Source of the DNA: Candidatus Magasanikbacteria bacterium GW2011_GWA2_56_11 | GTDB taxonomy: Bacteria; Patescibacteriota; Patescibacteriia; Magasanikbacterales; UBA922 | Length of the DNA stretch: 64,000 bases | NCBI GenBank assembly: GCA_001004885.1 | Contig: LCRX01000014.1 | Coordinates: forward strand, 1,565 to 65,564 | Reading direction: 5' to 3' | Part shown: positions 50,182 to 60,002 of the stretch, in pieces | Layout: each line of letters begins with the position of its first letter | Numbering within the stretch: the stretch's first letter is position 1 | Notes under the pieces: generated by a model | What the model was told of the DNA's origin: nothing | The model's input: only the letters and a program-made list of their open reading frames with translations | The model's database searches: none | Position numbers and translations under genes: made by a program

Positions 50182-51489
50182 CTAGACCCTAGTCAAAGAA
50201 TCAAACTCGCGAGCCATTAATAACCCCCGCGCCAAGACCACCTCGCGGAGCGTTTTTCCCTCCGCCTGCGCCTGTTTCACCGCGGCGCTAACAGCGTCAT
50301 AACCCAGCCGCGGCGTCAGGAGCGTGGCGAGCGCGTTTGCGGCCTCGAGCCACCGGTGACAAGTCTGGGTGTTTGCCCGAAGAGTTTTAACGCATTTATC
50401 AGTAAACTGCCGCACCACCTCGGCAGTCGCCGTTAACGACTCCAACAGGCGATCGGCGATAATCGGGCCCATCACTCCCAACTCCAGCTGGGCGGCCTGC
50501 GCCGCCTGTTGAATGGTTTCATTGTTGCCGCTCAGCATAAAATACAGCTGATTTACGGCTTCGGGCAGCACCGGATTCACTTTGCCCGGCATAATGCTCG
50601 ACCCGGACTGCAGCGGCGAAAGCTCGATTTCGCCGAGCCCCCCGCGCGGGCCGCTGGCCAAAAGACGCAAATCATTCGCTATCCTGGACAGATCAATGCC
50701 GAGAGCTGTCAGACTTTGAGAAAGCATGACAAAATCCGTCTGGCTGCTGGTCTGGGCCATTAAATTCGGCGCCGGCTTGACTCTAAGCCCGGTGAGAGAA
50801 CGCAAATGTTTGTAAACTTCCCGGATATAACGCGGCGAGGCGTTCAGGGAATTACCGATCGCGGTTCCCCCCAGGTTCAATTCCAACAAAAAAGGCCGCA
50901 CCTCCTCGAGCCGCCGGATATCGCGCTCCACAGAAGCGGCATAGGCGGCGAATTCCGCGCCCAATGTTGTCGGCACCGCGTCCTGCAAATGCGTGCGGCC
51001 AAGTTTGCGCAAGTCCTTGTACTCCTTGGCCTTGTCCGCCAAAGCGGCGGCCAAGCCTCGCGACTCGAGCAGCACCGTGCCGAGCAAATTCAGGCCAGCT
51101 ATCCGCAGGGCCGAAGGATTAACGTCGTTGGTGGATTGGGATAAGTTGACGTGGTCGTTGGGATGCACCGCCGCTTTCCGCTTCAATATCTGCGTCGCCC
51201 GCCCGGCTATCACCTCGTTCACGTTCATGTTTATGGAAGTGCCGGCTCCGCCCTGGAGCGCGGGCAGAGAAAATTCATGGTCCAGCCGGCCGGAAATTAT
51301 TTCGTCCGCGGCTCGCGCTATAGAGCGCGCTACCAAAGACGGCAGCTTCCCCCCGGCCGCGTTCGCCAAAGCGGCGGCTTTTTTTATGACGGCCAAACTG
51401 GATATAAATTCCCGGTGTACGCTCCGCGTAGTAAAAGGAAAATTCCTTTTGGCGGCGGCCGTTTCCGGACCGCTGTACTTTGCCCTCAT
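50182..51489 (-). CDS. aspA: aspartate ammonia-lyase / class II fumarase family
   Basis: QGGAGTSINMNVNEV, GRTHLQDA and GSSIMPGKVNP. Confidence 0.85.
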   Translation of the reverse strand: MRAKYSGPETAAAKRNFPFTTRSVHREFISSLAVIKKAAALANAAGGKLPSLVARSIARAADEIISGRLDHEFSLPALQGGAGTSINMNVNEVIAGRATQILKRKAAVHPNDHVNLSQSTNDVNPSALRIAGLNLLGTVLLESRGLAAALADKAKEYKDLRKLGRTHLQDAVPTTLGAEFAAYAASVERDIRRLEEVRPFLLELNLGGTAIGNSLNASPRYIREVYKHLRSLTGLRVKPAPNLMAQTSSQTDFVMLSQSLTALGIDLSRIANDLRLLASGPRGGLGEIELSPLQSGSSIMPGKVNPVLPEAVNQLYFMLSGNNETIQQAAQAAQLELGVMGPIIADRLLESLTATAEVVRQFTDKCVKTLRANTQTCHRWLEAANALATLLTPRLGYDAVSAAVKQAQAEGKTLREVVLARGLLMAREFDSLTRV

Positions 51490-51495
51490 ACGACC

Positions 51496-52587
51496 CTATT
51501 TAATGTTAAACCATATCCGGTAAAGCCGAAGCGCGCACCACTCCTTGCACCGCTGCCAGCGGCCGCGCCGGCCCCACTTTTCCTCGTCCAGGGTGAGCGA
51601 ATCTTTCTGCCAGCCGGCGACAATGCGCTGCAGTTGGCGGACGAACCGCTTGTCCCTAACCTGCAGATTGGCTTCGTGATTGTAGTGAAAACTGGGGTAA
51701 TCGATGTTGCTGCTGCCGATCATAGCCCAGTCGTCGTCCATGATCACGCCCTTGCCGTGCATCATTTTCCGCAGCATATGCACATGCACGCCGTAGCGGC
51801 GCATGATAGCGAACCAGGCATAAGCGACGTAGGTCGCCAGGCGCAAATCGCTGCGCAGAGGTATGAGCAGATCCACCCGAATGCCGCGTTTTTTGGCGGC
51901 CCACAGCGCCCGCAGGAAAGACCGGTCCGGAAAATAATAGGGCGAAAATAATATTACGCGTTCGCGCGCCTTGCTCAGCGCTTCAATATATTTTTGTTTC
52001 ACGGTCGAGACCGCCAAATCCGGCCGGTCGCAGATCACGTCCGAGTACCGCTGCCGCACGCGAAAACTGTAACGCAAAAGATGTTTCACCGTTTCTTTGT
52101 CGCCGCCGCACAAAATGTAAGAGCGGGCAAAGGCGCGCAGCAGCGAACGCACCACCTGCCCCCGCACCTCCACTTGAATGTCAAGCCAGTCGCGCATGTA
52201 GTGGCCGACATTCACGCCGCCGATGTAGCCGGTGCGCTCGTCCACGATAAGCAGCTTGCGGTGCGTGCGCGAGGCGAACATACCCCACCAGACCAGCGAC
52301 CAGCGTTTGCGATCCTGGAAAAACCGGATATCCACGCCGCGGGAACGCAGTTCCTCCACGCGCCGCCGCGACAGTCCCAGGCTCCCCCAATAGTCCACGA
52401 TTAGCCGCACGCTCACCCCGGCCTGGGCTTTTTTTTCGAATAATTCAAAAAAACGCTTCCCGGCCAGATCGTCGAGAAGCATGTACACTTCCCAATAAAT
52501 CGAATGCTGCGCCCCGGCAATGGCGCGGTACATGGCCTCCCAGGCCTCGCTGGTGGTCGCGTAGATTTTGTAGGCGGAAACAGACAT
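51496..52587 (-). CDS. cardiolipin synthase-like phospholipase D
   Basis: Two HKD motifs: HRKLLIVD and HGKGVIMD. Confidence 0.9.
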   Translation of the reverse strand: MSVSAYKIYATTSEAWEAMYRAIAGAQHSIYWEVYMLLDDLAGKRFFELFEKKAQAGVSVRLIVDYWGSLGLSRRRVEELRSRGVDIRFFQDRKRWSLVWWGMFASRTHRKLLIVDERTGYIGGVNVGHYMRDWLDIQVEVRGQVVRSLLRAFARSYILCGGDKETVKHLLRYSFRVRQRYSDVICDRPDLAVSTVKQKYIEALSKARERVILFSPYYFPDRSFLRALWAAKKRGIRVDLLIPLRSDLRLATYVAYAWFAIMRRYGVHVHMLRKMMHGKGVIMDDDWAMIGSSNIDYPSFHYNHEANLQVRDKRFVRQLQRIVAGWQKDSLTLDEEKWGRRGRWQRCKEWCALRLYRIWFNIK

Positions 52588-52700
52588 AAACAAACAACAA
52601 GCGGCCGATAACAAGGACCCGGTTATCTGCCGCCGGAAACTGACCCTATTTCACTCTATCCGGCCTTCTTGCTGGCGTCAAGCTGCCGGGCTACGCCCGA

Positions 52701-54332
52701 CTAAGCCAGACAGGCTCCGATAAAATCGCGGAATAACGGGTGCGGACGGAACGGCCGGGACTGAAATTCGGGGTGAAACTGCGTGCCGACGAAAAAAGGA
52801 TGTTCGGCGAGTTCGACTATCTCCACCAAATCAGATTCAGGGTTGATGCCCACCACCCGCAAACCGGCCGCATCTATCGCCTCGCGATATTCATTATTGA
52901 ATTCATAGCGGTGGCGGTGGCGCTCGGAAACCAAGTCCGCCCCGTAAGCCGCGTGCGTTTTGGTACCGCGGCGCAGGGCGCAGTCGTAAGCGCCCAGGCG
53001 CATAGTGCCGCCGTAACGATTGTTCCGGACGTTCGCCGCCTGGTTGGGGTTGATATGAATGACCGGTTCGGCGGTGTCGGGGCTGACCTCCACGGTATGG
53101 GCCGTTTTTTTGCCCAAAACGTGGCGCACGAACTCGATCGAAGCCAGCTGCATGCCATAGCACAAACCCAGGTAAGGCTTTTTCTCCTCGCGCGCGAACT
53201 TTATCGCCCGGATAATACCTTCAATGCCCCGGCTGCCGAAACCGCCCGGCACGATAAGGCCGTCATACCCGGCCAGTTCTTTAACCTTGGCCGGGTTAGC
53301 CTCATACCGCTCGGAGTCGATCCACTCGAGCACCGGCTTGGCCCGATGGTGCCAGGAAGCGTGTTTAATAGCCTCAATCACCGAATGATAGGAGTCGGCC
53401 AGGGTAAAATCGCCGGTGCCGAAGTATTTGCCGACGACCGCGATTTTAACTTCGCGCTCCGGCTGCAGGATACGGTGGACAAAGTCGTGCCACTTTTTCA
53501 TGTCCGTCTGCCGCCTCTTCATGCCGAGCACCTTGAGCAGCTTATTGCCCACGTCCTGCTCCTCGAGCTTCACCGGTATCTGGTATATAGACGGCACGTC
53601 CGGGGCGGAGATGCAATTCTCCCTGGATACCCCGCAAAAAACCGCCAGCTTTTCCAGCCGCGGCTTGTCGAGCTCCAGCCGGCCGCGCGCCACGATCATA
53701 TCCGCGTTGATGCCCACGCTGTTAAGCGCGCGCGAAGCGTGCTGCGTCGGCTTAGTCTTCATTTCGCCGATATGCGCCGGCACCGGCAAATAACTCACGA
53801 GTACAAAAGCCACGTCAGCCGGACTCTGCAGCTTCATCATGCGGGCCGCCTCCAAAAACAGCAGGTTCTCATACTCGCCGACCGTACCGCCGATCTCGAC
53901 AATGGTGATGTGCGCGTCGTGCCGCTTGGCCGCCTCGCGGATACGACGGATAATCTCCTCTGGAATATGCGGCACCACCTGCACGCACCGTCCTTTGTAC
54001 TTCATTTGCCGTTCGTTCTCGATCACTTTCAGGTATACCCGTCCGGTCGTCATGTAATTATTGGAGTCCAAGTCCGTGTCCAGAAACCGTTCGTAGTTGC
54101 CCATGTCCTGGTCGGTTTCGTCGCCGTCGTTGGTCACGAACACCTCGCCATGCTCGATCGGATTCATCGTGCCGGCGTCGACATTCACGTAAGGATCAGC
54201 CTTGAGCGCGGTAACCCGCAGTCCCTTGGCCTTGTAGATGGCGCCGAGCGAGGCCGAGGTTACTCCCTTGCCGACGCCCGAGAGGACGCCGCCGACGACG
54301 AAAATGAACTTACGCTGAATCGAGGCGGGCAT
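52701..54332 (-). CDS. pyrG: CTP synthase
   Basis: GGVLSGVGKG, KTKPTQH, GLCYGMQ, ERHRHRYE and QFHPEF. Confidence 0.97.
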   Translation of the reverse strand: MPASIQRKFIFVVGGVLSGVGKGVTSASLGAIYKAKGLRVTALKADPYVNVDAGTMNPIEHGEVFVTNDGDETDQDMGNYERFLDTDLDSNNYMTTGRVYLKVIENERQMKYKGRCVQVVPHIPEEIIRRIREAAKRHDAHITIVEIGGTVGEYENLLFLEAARMMKLQSPADVAFVLVSYLPVPAHIGEMKTKPTQHASRALNSVGINADMIVARGRLELDKPRLEKLAVFCGVSRENCISAPDVPSIYQIPVKLEEQDVGNKLLKVLGMKRRQTDMKKWHDFVHRILQPEREVKIAVVGKYFGTGDFTLADSYHSVIEAIKHASWHHRAKPVLEWIDSERYEANPAKVKELAGYDGLIVPGGFGSRGIEGIIRAIKFAREEKKPYLGLCYGMQLASIEFVRHVLGKKTAHTVEVSPDTAEPVIHINPNQAANVRNNRYGGTMRLGAYDCALRRGTKTHAAYGADLVSERHRHRYEFNNEYREAIDAAGLRVVGINPESDLVEIVELAEHPFFVGTQFHPEFQSRPFRPHPLFRDFIGACLA

Positions 54333-54380
54333 AGATGGAAAGCGCTATTTAATTATCGCCGTTTTGTTAAAGACACTTTT

Positions 54381-54478
54381 GAACTGATACTAAGTTATTA
54401 GCAATTCTATTCTCTAAGTCGAGCCGAAACATAGACTGATTTTTACGGCCCCAATGTCTGAGCCTGCAAGAGCGAGTT
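54381..54478 (-). repeat. structured repeat, copy A (5'-truncated), upstream of pyrG
   Basis: Reverse complement of the 3' part of copies B and C. Confidence 0.9.
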
Positions 54479-54487
54479 GACTTTGGA

Positions 54488-54934
54488 TTAGACTTCGGAG
54501 ACGATGACCGTAATTTCGGCCTCCAGTCCGTGGCCGAAGCGGATAGTTACCCGGTGCTCGCCCAGCGATTTGATCGGCTCGGACGAAGCAATCTGCCGCG
54601 GCGAAACCTGAATGCCGGCTTCGCGCTTGATAGCTTGGGCGATTTTGGCGCCGCTTAGGGCGGCATAAAGGGTACCTTCATGGTTGACCTTTTCTACCAG
54701 GTCAATTTCGACTCCATCAAGCCGGGCCGCGTCGCGCTGCAGATGCCGGAGTTCGGTCTCCATTCCCCGGCGCCGCCGATCCTCTTCGGCCTGGACATGG
54801 GCGACTGCCTGGTCCGTGGCCGCCGTCGCTAATTTACGGCTTAACAAAAAATTGCGGGCGAAACCGTCCGCCACTTCTTTCACTTCGCCTTTTTTCCCTG
54901 TCCCGGGCACGTCCTTGAGCAGGAGTACTTTCAT
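54488..54934 (-). CDS. rplI: 50S ribosomal protein L9
   Basis: [30 protein letters not shown]. Confidence 0.95.
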   Translation of the reverse strand: MKVLLLKDVPGTGKKGEVKEVADGFARNFLLSRKLATAATDQAVAHVQAEEDRRRRGMETELRHLQRDAARLDGVEIDLVEKVNHEGTLYAALSGAKIAQAIKREAGIQVSPRQIASSEPIKSLGEHRVTIRFGHGLEAEITVIVSEV

Positions 54935-54998
54935 ACCTCGAAAGTATAACCAGGGGTTGAATTTTTGGCAAGGGACTGCTAGTATAGGGTCATCTAAA

Positions 54999-55149
54999 GA
55001 ACTCATGGCGAGCCCCCCTTCGCCTCAAACAGAGACTGGTTTTCACGGCTCCAAAACTCGCTCTTGCAGGCTCAGACATTGGGGCCGTAAAAATCAGTCT
55101 ATGTTTCGGCTCGACTTAGAGAATAGAATTGCTAATAACTTAGTATCAG
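54999..55149 (+). repeat. structured repeat, copy B, with promoter TTGAAT-17-TAGTAT (54957-54985)
   Basis: Near-identical to copy C; runs directly into the truncated era. Confidence 0.9.
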
Positions 55150-55152
55150 CAG

Positions 55153-55896
55153 ATGACGCGGGACATTATCCACGGAGTGATCAACACGCCCGAAGGCCAG
55201 GCCGTTATCATTGATACGCCGGGAATTTTCAAAGACCGAAAAAGTTCGTTGACCGCCAAGCTCATAAACAAGGCCAAGGAGGCCATCGCTGGCGTGGACG
55301 TGATAATTTATGTTGTCGACCCTACGCGGGAAATCGGCGCCGAGGAGCGCTACACATACGGGCTTATCCGGCACCTTGGCGTGCCAAAAATACTGGTCAT
55401 CAATAAAAGCGATTTGCCGAAAAATGAACGGCCGTTCCAGGCGGATTACGAAGCCTGGAGCGATAACTTTGACGCGGTTTTTTCCCTGTCGGCTCTGCGC
55501 GCGAGCCACATCAAGCCGCTTATTGATAAGCTCATCTCTCTTATGGCAGAGGGCGAGCCGCTCTACCCGCCCGAACAGCTGACCAACGTGAACAACTACT
55601 TCTGGGTAGCGGAAATCATCCGGGAAAAAGTCTTCTCCGTCTTCGACAAAGAAGTCCCCTACTCGATGACCGTTGAGACCGACAATATAGAAGACAAGTC
55701 GGATGTGATCGTTATTTCCGCGCGCATCCTCACCGACGAAGCGCGCTACAAAAAAATTATCATCGGCGCCCGCGGCGCCAAAATAAAAGAGATCGGCCAA
55801 CTGGCTCGACGCGAGTTGGAGCAGGCCCTGAACAAGAAGGTCTATCTGGAACTCGAGGTGGAGGTAGACAAGCACTGGGTGGAGCGGATGGAGTAG
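55153..55896 (+). CDS. era: GTPase Era, G1 motif/N-terminus missing
   Basis: QMTR (G2), IDTPG, NKSD, EIIREK..EVPYS and KH motif IIIGARGAKIKEIG. Confidence 0.9.
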   Translation: MTRDIIHGVINTPEGQAVIIDTPGIFKDRKSSLTAKLINKAKEAIAGVDVIIYVVDPTREIGAEERYTYGLIRHLGVPKILVINKSDLPKNERPFQADYEAWSDNFDAVFSLSALRASHIKPLIDKLISLMAEGEPLYPPEQLTNVNNYFWVAEIIREKVFSVFDKEVPYSMTVETDNIEDKSDVIVISARILTDEARYKKIIIGARGAKIKEIGQLARRELEQALNKKVYLELEVEVDKHWVERME

Positions 55897-55943
55897 TCAA
55901 ATTGACAAAGGCAGACGGAGACTTTACACTACCTATACCTAAT

Positions 55944-56102
55944 GAACTCATGCGCGAGTTTCCCCCCTTTCGCCTCAAACAGAGACTGGTTTTCACGGCC
56001 CCAAAACTCGCTCTTGCAGGCTCAGACATTGGGGCCGTAAAAATCAGTCTCTGTTTCGGCTCGACTTAGAGAAGAGAATTGCTAATAACGCACTATCAGT
56101 TC
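55944..56102 (+). repeat. structured repeat, copy C (complete), with promoter TTGACA-17-TACACT (55902-55930)
   Basis: Long stem AAACAGAGACTGGTTTT..ACGGCCCCAA / TTGGGGCCGT AAAAATCAGTCTCTGTTT; ends GAACT...AGTTC pair. Confidence 0.9.
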
Positions 56103-56122
56103 AATTTTTAAAGGAGGGAAAT

Positions 56123-56374
56123 ATGAATGAAGATTTATTAATCCAGGAAGTGGTCAAGCTGCGGGAAAACGTAGACCAGATAAAAGAGAACATGCTAACC
56201 AAAACGGATAAGCCTGAAATCATGTCGGCCCTGGACGCGGTGATGAAGTCAAATCAAGATATTAAACAAGAATTGGTCTTTATCGGTTCGCATCTGGATC
56301 GACACGAAAAACGGCTGGACGACCACGAAGTCCCGATCGCCAAACTTCAACTGGACATCAATCCTGCGTGCTAA
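56123..56374 (+). CDS. small coiled-coil hypothetical protein
   Basis: AAGGAGG RBS and heptad pattern. Confidence 0.65.
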   Translation: MNEDLLIQEVVKLRENVDQIKENMLTKTDKPEIMSALDAVMKSNQDIKQELVFIGSHLDRHEKRLDDHEVPIAKLQLDINPAC

Positions 56375-56393
56375 TCCGCTCTGGCGTTGCCTT

Positions 56394-57095
56394 ATGGAGT
56401 TACCAAACCCGAACAGCGGCAAACGGCTCGAGATCACGGTCGAAGGCGCCACTTATGCCCGCTATCCGGTAAAGACTCATGTCGTCAAAACCGGCGACGA
56501 CCTGGCCGGAATTATAGAGCAGTACGCCGGCCCCCACCTCCGACCGGACGACCTGGTTTTTTTGAGTGAAAAAATCGTCGCCATATCCCAGGGGCGCTCT
56601 TACCCGATCAAGGACATCCACCCCACGAAACTGGCTACCTGGCTCTCGAAAAAAGTCCACCGCTCCCCTTACGGCATCGGCCTCGGCAGCCCCTGGACAA
56701 TGCAGCTGGCCTTGAAGGAAGTCGGCCATTTGCGCATCTTCCTGGCTATCCTCGCCTACCTGCTTACGCGCCCTTTTGGCCTCCGCGGAGCTTTTTACGT
56801 CGTCGCCGGCCGCACCGTGGCCGCTATCGACGGCCCCTGCGACTATACGCTGCCGCCGTACAATGAATACGCCAAACTGGGCCCGGCCAAGCCCCACGAA
56901 GTCGCGCGCGCTCTCAAGGAAAAAACCGGCCACGAGGTGGTGATTATAGATGCCAACGACCTGGGCGTGAACATCCTGGGAAAATCCGACAAAAACCTCG
57001 CCGACCGGGTGCTGGCGGCAATATTCCGGGATAATCCGCTCGGACAGACCAGCGAACAGACGCCGGTTTGCATCGTCCGAAAGTTAGCCGGTTAA
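56394..57095 (+). CDS. F420-0:gamma-glutamyl ligase (CofE)-like protein
   Basis: KTHVV..GDDL, LSEKIVAISQGR, IIDANDLG and DNPLGQ..EQTP. Confidence 0.8.
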   Translation: MELPNPNSGKRLEITVEGATYARYPVKTHVVKTGDDLAGIIEQYAGPHLRPDDLVFLSEKIVAISQGRSYPIKDIHPTKLATWLSKKVHRSPYGIGLGSPWTMQLALKEVGHLRIFLAILAYLLTRPFGLRGAFYVVAGRTVAAIDGPCDYTLPPYNEYAKLGPAKPHEVARALKEKTGHEVVIIDANDLGVNILGKSDKNLADRVLAAIFRDNPLGQTSEQTPVCIVRKLAG

Positions 57096-57103
57096 TTTGT
57101 CTT

Positions 57104-57505
57104 ATGGATGATCAGCTGGCGAAACAGATAGAGGATTTGGAACTTTCTCTGCTCCGGCCCGAGGTACGCCGCTCGGCGAAAAAAATAAAAGAATTGCTCG
57201 CCGATGACTTTGTCGAATTCGGAATGTTCGGAAAGCAATATACCAAGCTGGATTTTGTGGAAACGTTGCCGAATTCCGAGGAAGAAAAATTTGAAAAATA
57301 CGACGCCTCCGACTTTGCCGCCCGCGAAATTGCGCCCGACACGGTACTTCTGACGTACGCGGCCACGATAGAATTTTTGAAAACAAACGAAAAAATTTTT
57401 ACTCTCCGCAGCTCAATTTGGCAAAAAAGGTCCGGCAAGTGGCAGATGATTTTCCATCAAGGAACGGTGATCCTAAAAGGCCAGGGCCGTCTTTACGCCC
57501 AATAG
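57104..57505 (+). CDS. DUF4440 (NTF2-like) protein
   Basis: LLRPEVRRS..LLADDFVEFG...RSSIW...WQMIFHQGT. Confidence 0.88.
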   Translation: MDDQLAKQIEDLELSLLRPEVRRSAKKIKELLADDFVEFGMFGKQYTKLDFVETLPNSEEEKFEKYDASDFAAREIAPDTVLLTYAATIEFLKTNEKIFTLRSSIWQKRSGKWQMIFHQGTVILKGQGRLYAQ

Positions 57506-57522
57506 GAATTCAATCTTTTCTT

Positions 57523-57873
57523 ATGGTTACCAAACGTTTCCACACCATTTTCGACATGGAGTACTGCAATGAAAATATCAACAACCGCGCCAAAGTGCGG
57601 GAATTTGTCGAAAGGCTGGCCGCGGCCGTGGACATGAGCATCCTGGAAGGGCCGATCATCGCGGAGGGTATCGAGAAAAACCCCGGCCTGAGCGCACTCG
57701 TGATCGTGGACTTTTCCCACATCTCCATCCATACCTTTACCAAATACCAAGAAGCGCTGATAGACGTATTTTCCTGCAAGGAATACGACCGGGACAGCGT
57801 CCGGCACGTAGCCGAGGAATTTTTCTCTACCCCTCAGACCAGTATCCGGCAAAAAGAGGTTTGGTGGGGCTGA
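57523..57873 (+). CDS. speD: S-adenosylmethionine decarboxylase proenzyme-like
   Basis: PGLSALVIVDFSHISIHTF...IDVFSCKEY. Confidence 0.75.
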   Translation: MVTKRFHTIFDMEYCNENINNRAKVREFVERLAAAVDMSILEGPIIAEGIEKNPGLSALVIVDFSHISIHTFTKYQEALIDVFSCKEYDRDSVRHVAEEFFSTPQTSIRQKEVWWG

Positions 57874-57886
57874 CAAACCCATACCT

Positions 57887-58822
57887 ATGCGCGCCAAAAA
57901 TATCGTCGAGGTTACGGACTTTACTCCTGCCGAGTGGAAGCGGCTGATCGGCGAAACCGTTAAGTTCAAAAAAAACCGGCACCGCCAGCCAAAAGCGTTA
58001 AAAAATAAGCGCATCGGACTCATGTTCGACAGCAATTCGCTGCGCACCAAAATTTCTTTTGAAACTGCTTGTTATCTCCTGGGCGGCGACAGCTACTTCA
58101 TAGACATCCACAATGTCACGCACGAAAAAGACGGCGTCAAGCGGGAGACATTCGAGGATATTATAGACACCCTCGATCGGATGGTTGACGCTTACGTAGT
58201 GCGCGATTATTCCCGACAGATGCTCGACGTCCTCAAACGAAAGACCAATCCGCCTTTCATCAATGGTTTTTGTGAGATCGGCCACCCCAGCCAGGCGCTG
58301 GCGGACATGGCGGTAATCAAGTGGAAGAAGGGCACGGTCCAAGGCTTGAACTATGCCGGCGTCTGCCCCGAAGCCGGCAGCGGCGTGCTGGAATCATTTA
58401 TTTACGCCGTTCTTCTGTTGGGAGAACGGATAACCATTATTACTCCAAGCGGAAAATTGAAAGGTAAAAACAAAGATTTTGGCGCCACCGCCGCCCGGCT
58501 GTCCGAGAAGTACGGCGGATCGCTCCGGGTGACAAACGAAATCAAGGAAACGGTCATCGGGGCGGACGTGCTCTATGCGGACGAATGGTGGGAAAACACC
58601 AAAAATTTTCTCCGAAAAAAAATGGGGCGCTACCGCGTGGATGATCACTTTCTCGCCGGCAGTAAGCCAAATCTTTCGATCCTCCACTGCCTGCCGGCGC
58701 ACCCGGGACGCGAGATCACCGAGGCGGTAATGCGCGGACCGCAATCACTTATCTTTGACGAGGCGGAATTCCGCGTCTACTCGGCCATGAGCCTGCTCTC
58801 TTACCTGGCCGCCGGCCGCTAA
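57887..58822 (+). CDS. ornithine carbamoyltransferase-family transcarbamylase
   Basis: SLRTKISFE, HPSQALAD, LYADEW and HCLPAHPG. Confidence 0.8.
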   Translation: MRAKNIVEVTDFTPAEWKRLIGETVKFKKNRHRQPKALKNKRIGLMFDSNSLRTKISFETACYLLGGDSYFIDIHNVTHEKDGVKRETFEDIIDTLDRMVDAYVVRDYSRQMLDVLKRKTNPPFINGFCEIGHPSQALADMAVIKWKKGTVQGLNYAGVCPEAGSGVLESFIYAVLLLGERITIITPSGKLKGKNKDFGATAARLSEKYGGSLRVTNEIKETVIGADVLYADEWWENTKNFLRKKMGRYRVDDHFLAGSKPNLSILHCLPAHPGREITEAVMRGPQSLIFDEAEFRVYSAMSLLSYLAAGR

Positions 58823-58837
58823 ACCCAACCTTGAACC

Positions 58838-58871
58838 GACATAAAAAGAGCCGTTCGGCTCTTTTTATGTC
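58838..58871. terminator. bidirectional intrinsic terminator
   Basis: GACATAAAAAGAGCC-GTTC-GGCTCTTTTTATGTC. Confidence 0.75.
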
Positions 58872-58878
58872 CTTGTGT

Positions 58879-59370
58879 TCAAGAACTGCGGCGCCCCGGC
58901 CGCCGGCCGGACTTCTTCAAGATTGCCATCTCCACCGCCGACATACCCCAGCCATAGCCGTGATTCTGGTGATTATTGCCGGCGCGCGCCAGGGCTTGCT
59001 TTTCATTGAGGCAAGTAAGAACGCCGAACATAACCGGCACGCCAGTGTCCACGTTAAGCCGGGCGATGCCCTGCGTTACCGCCTCGGCAATGTACTCGAA
59101 ATGCATTGTCTCGCCCTTGATCAAACACCCCAGACAAATCACGACGTCCACCCGACCGTGTTTGATAATGTGGTAAGCCGCGTAGGTCAATTCGTACGCG
59201 CCCGGCACCTCGACGACGGTGATATTTTGCTCTTTCACTCCGCAGCTGTAAAGCGCCTCGCGGCAGCGGGCCAAAAGCGACGCGGTTATCTCTCCGTTCC
59301 AGCGGCTGACCGCGATGCCAATTCTCAATTTTTTTCCGTCAAGCGAAGAAAAACTAACGCCCTTGGCCAT
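58879..59370 (-). CDS. ribH: 6,7-dimethyl-8-ribityllumazine synthase
   Basis: VPGAYEL, LGCLIKGETMHFEYI and FGVLT. Confidence 0.95.
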   Translation of the reverse strand: MAKGVSFSSLDGKKLRIGIAVSRWNGEITASLLARCREALYSCGVKEQNITVVEVPGAYELTYAAYHIIKHGRVDVVICLGCLIKGETMHFEYIAEAVTQGIARLNVDTGVPVMFGVLTCLNEKQALARAGNNHQNHGYGWGMSAVEMAILKKSGRRPGRRSS

Positions 59371-59402
59371 AAAAATATCGTTATTAACAAAAAACGACCT
59401 GT

Positions 59403-59993
59403 TTATACCTTGGCGGCCAACCTCTCCGCGTACTTGGCAATCATGTCCGCTTCCAAATTTACCCGGTCGCCGGGAACCAGGCGCCCCAAGGTAGTGCGCT
59501 CGATCGTATCCTGAACTAACGCCACGGTGAACAAGTCATCCGCGACCCGGGCCACGGTAAGACTAACGCCGTCCACCGCCACCGAACCTTGCGCGACCAG
59601 GTAGCGATCCAACCCGGCCGGCGGCTTTATAGCCACCAGATAACCCAAAGAGGCATCCACGGATACGACCGTGCCTGTTCCGTCAACATGTCCGTAAACA
59701 AAATGCCCGCCCAGCCGCTGCCCGAGGCTGAGCGACCTTTCCAGGTTGACCGCGTCCCCGGTCGTTTTTTGCCCCAGTGTGGTTTTATTCAGCGTCTCTG
59801 GCATAACCTCAAACTCGATCTTGCCGTCCGGCAGCGACCGACGCACAGACAAACAAACCCCGGCGACGGCGATGCTTTCACCCGGCACTATGTCTCTTAG
59901 CCCGCCCGGGGCCTCCAGAGTCAAAAACCGGGGTGCGGCCGGGGGATGAAAAGCGCAAACGCGTCCAACCGCTTCGATAATTCCGGTAAACAT
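59403..59993 (-). CDS. ribE: riboflavin synthase alpha chain
   Basis: MFTGII, VNLERS, GGHFVYGHVD and GSVAVDGVSLTV. Confidence 0.95.
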   Translation of the reverse strand: MFTGIIEAVGRVCAFHPPAAPRFLTLEAPGGLRDIVPGESIAVAGVCLSVRRSLPDGKIEFEVMPETLNKTTLGQKTTGDAVNLERSLSLGQRLGGHFVYGHVDGTGTVVSVDASLGYLVAIKPPAGLDRYLVAQGSVAVDGVSLTVARVADDLFTVALVQDTIERTTLGRLVPGDRVNLEADMIAKYAERLAAKV

Positions 59994-60002
59994 AGGCTGA
60001 TG

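Noticed and set aside
49745-50185. 146-aa plus-strand ORF
   Set aside because: No recognisable motifs or RBS; overlaps the promoter and stems of the predicted minus-strand RNA.
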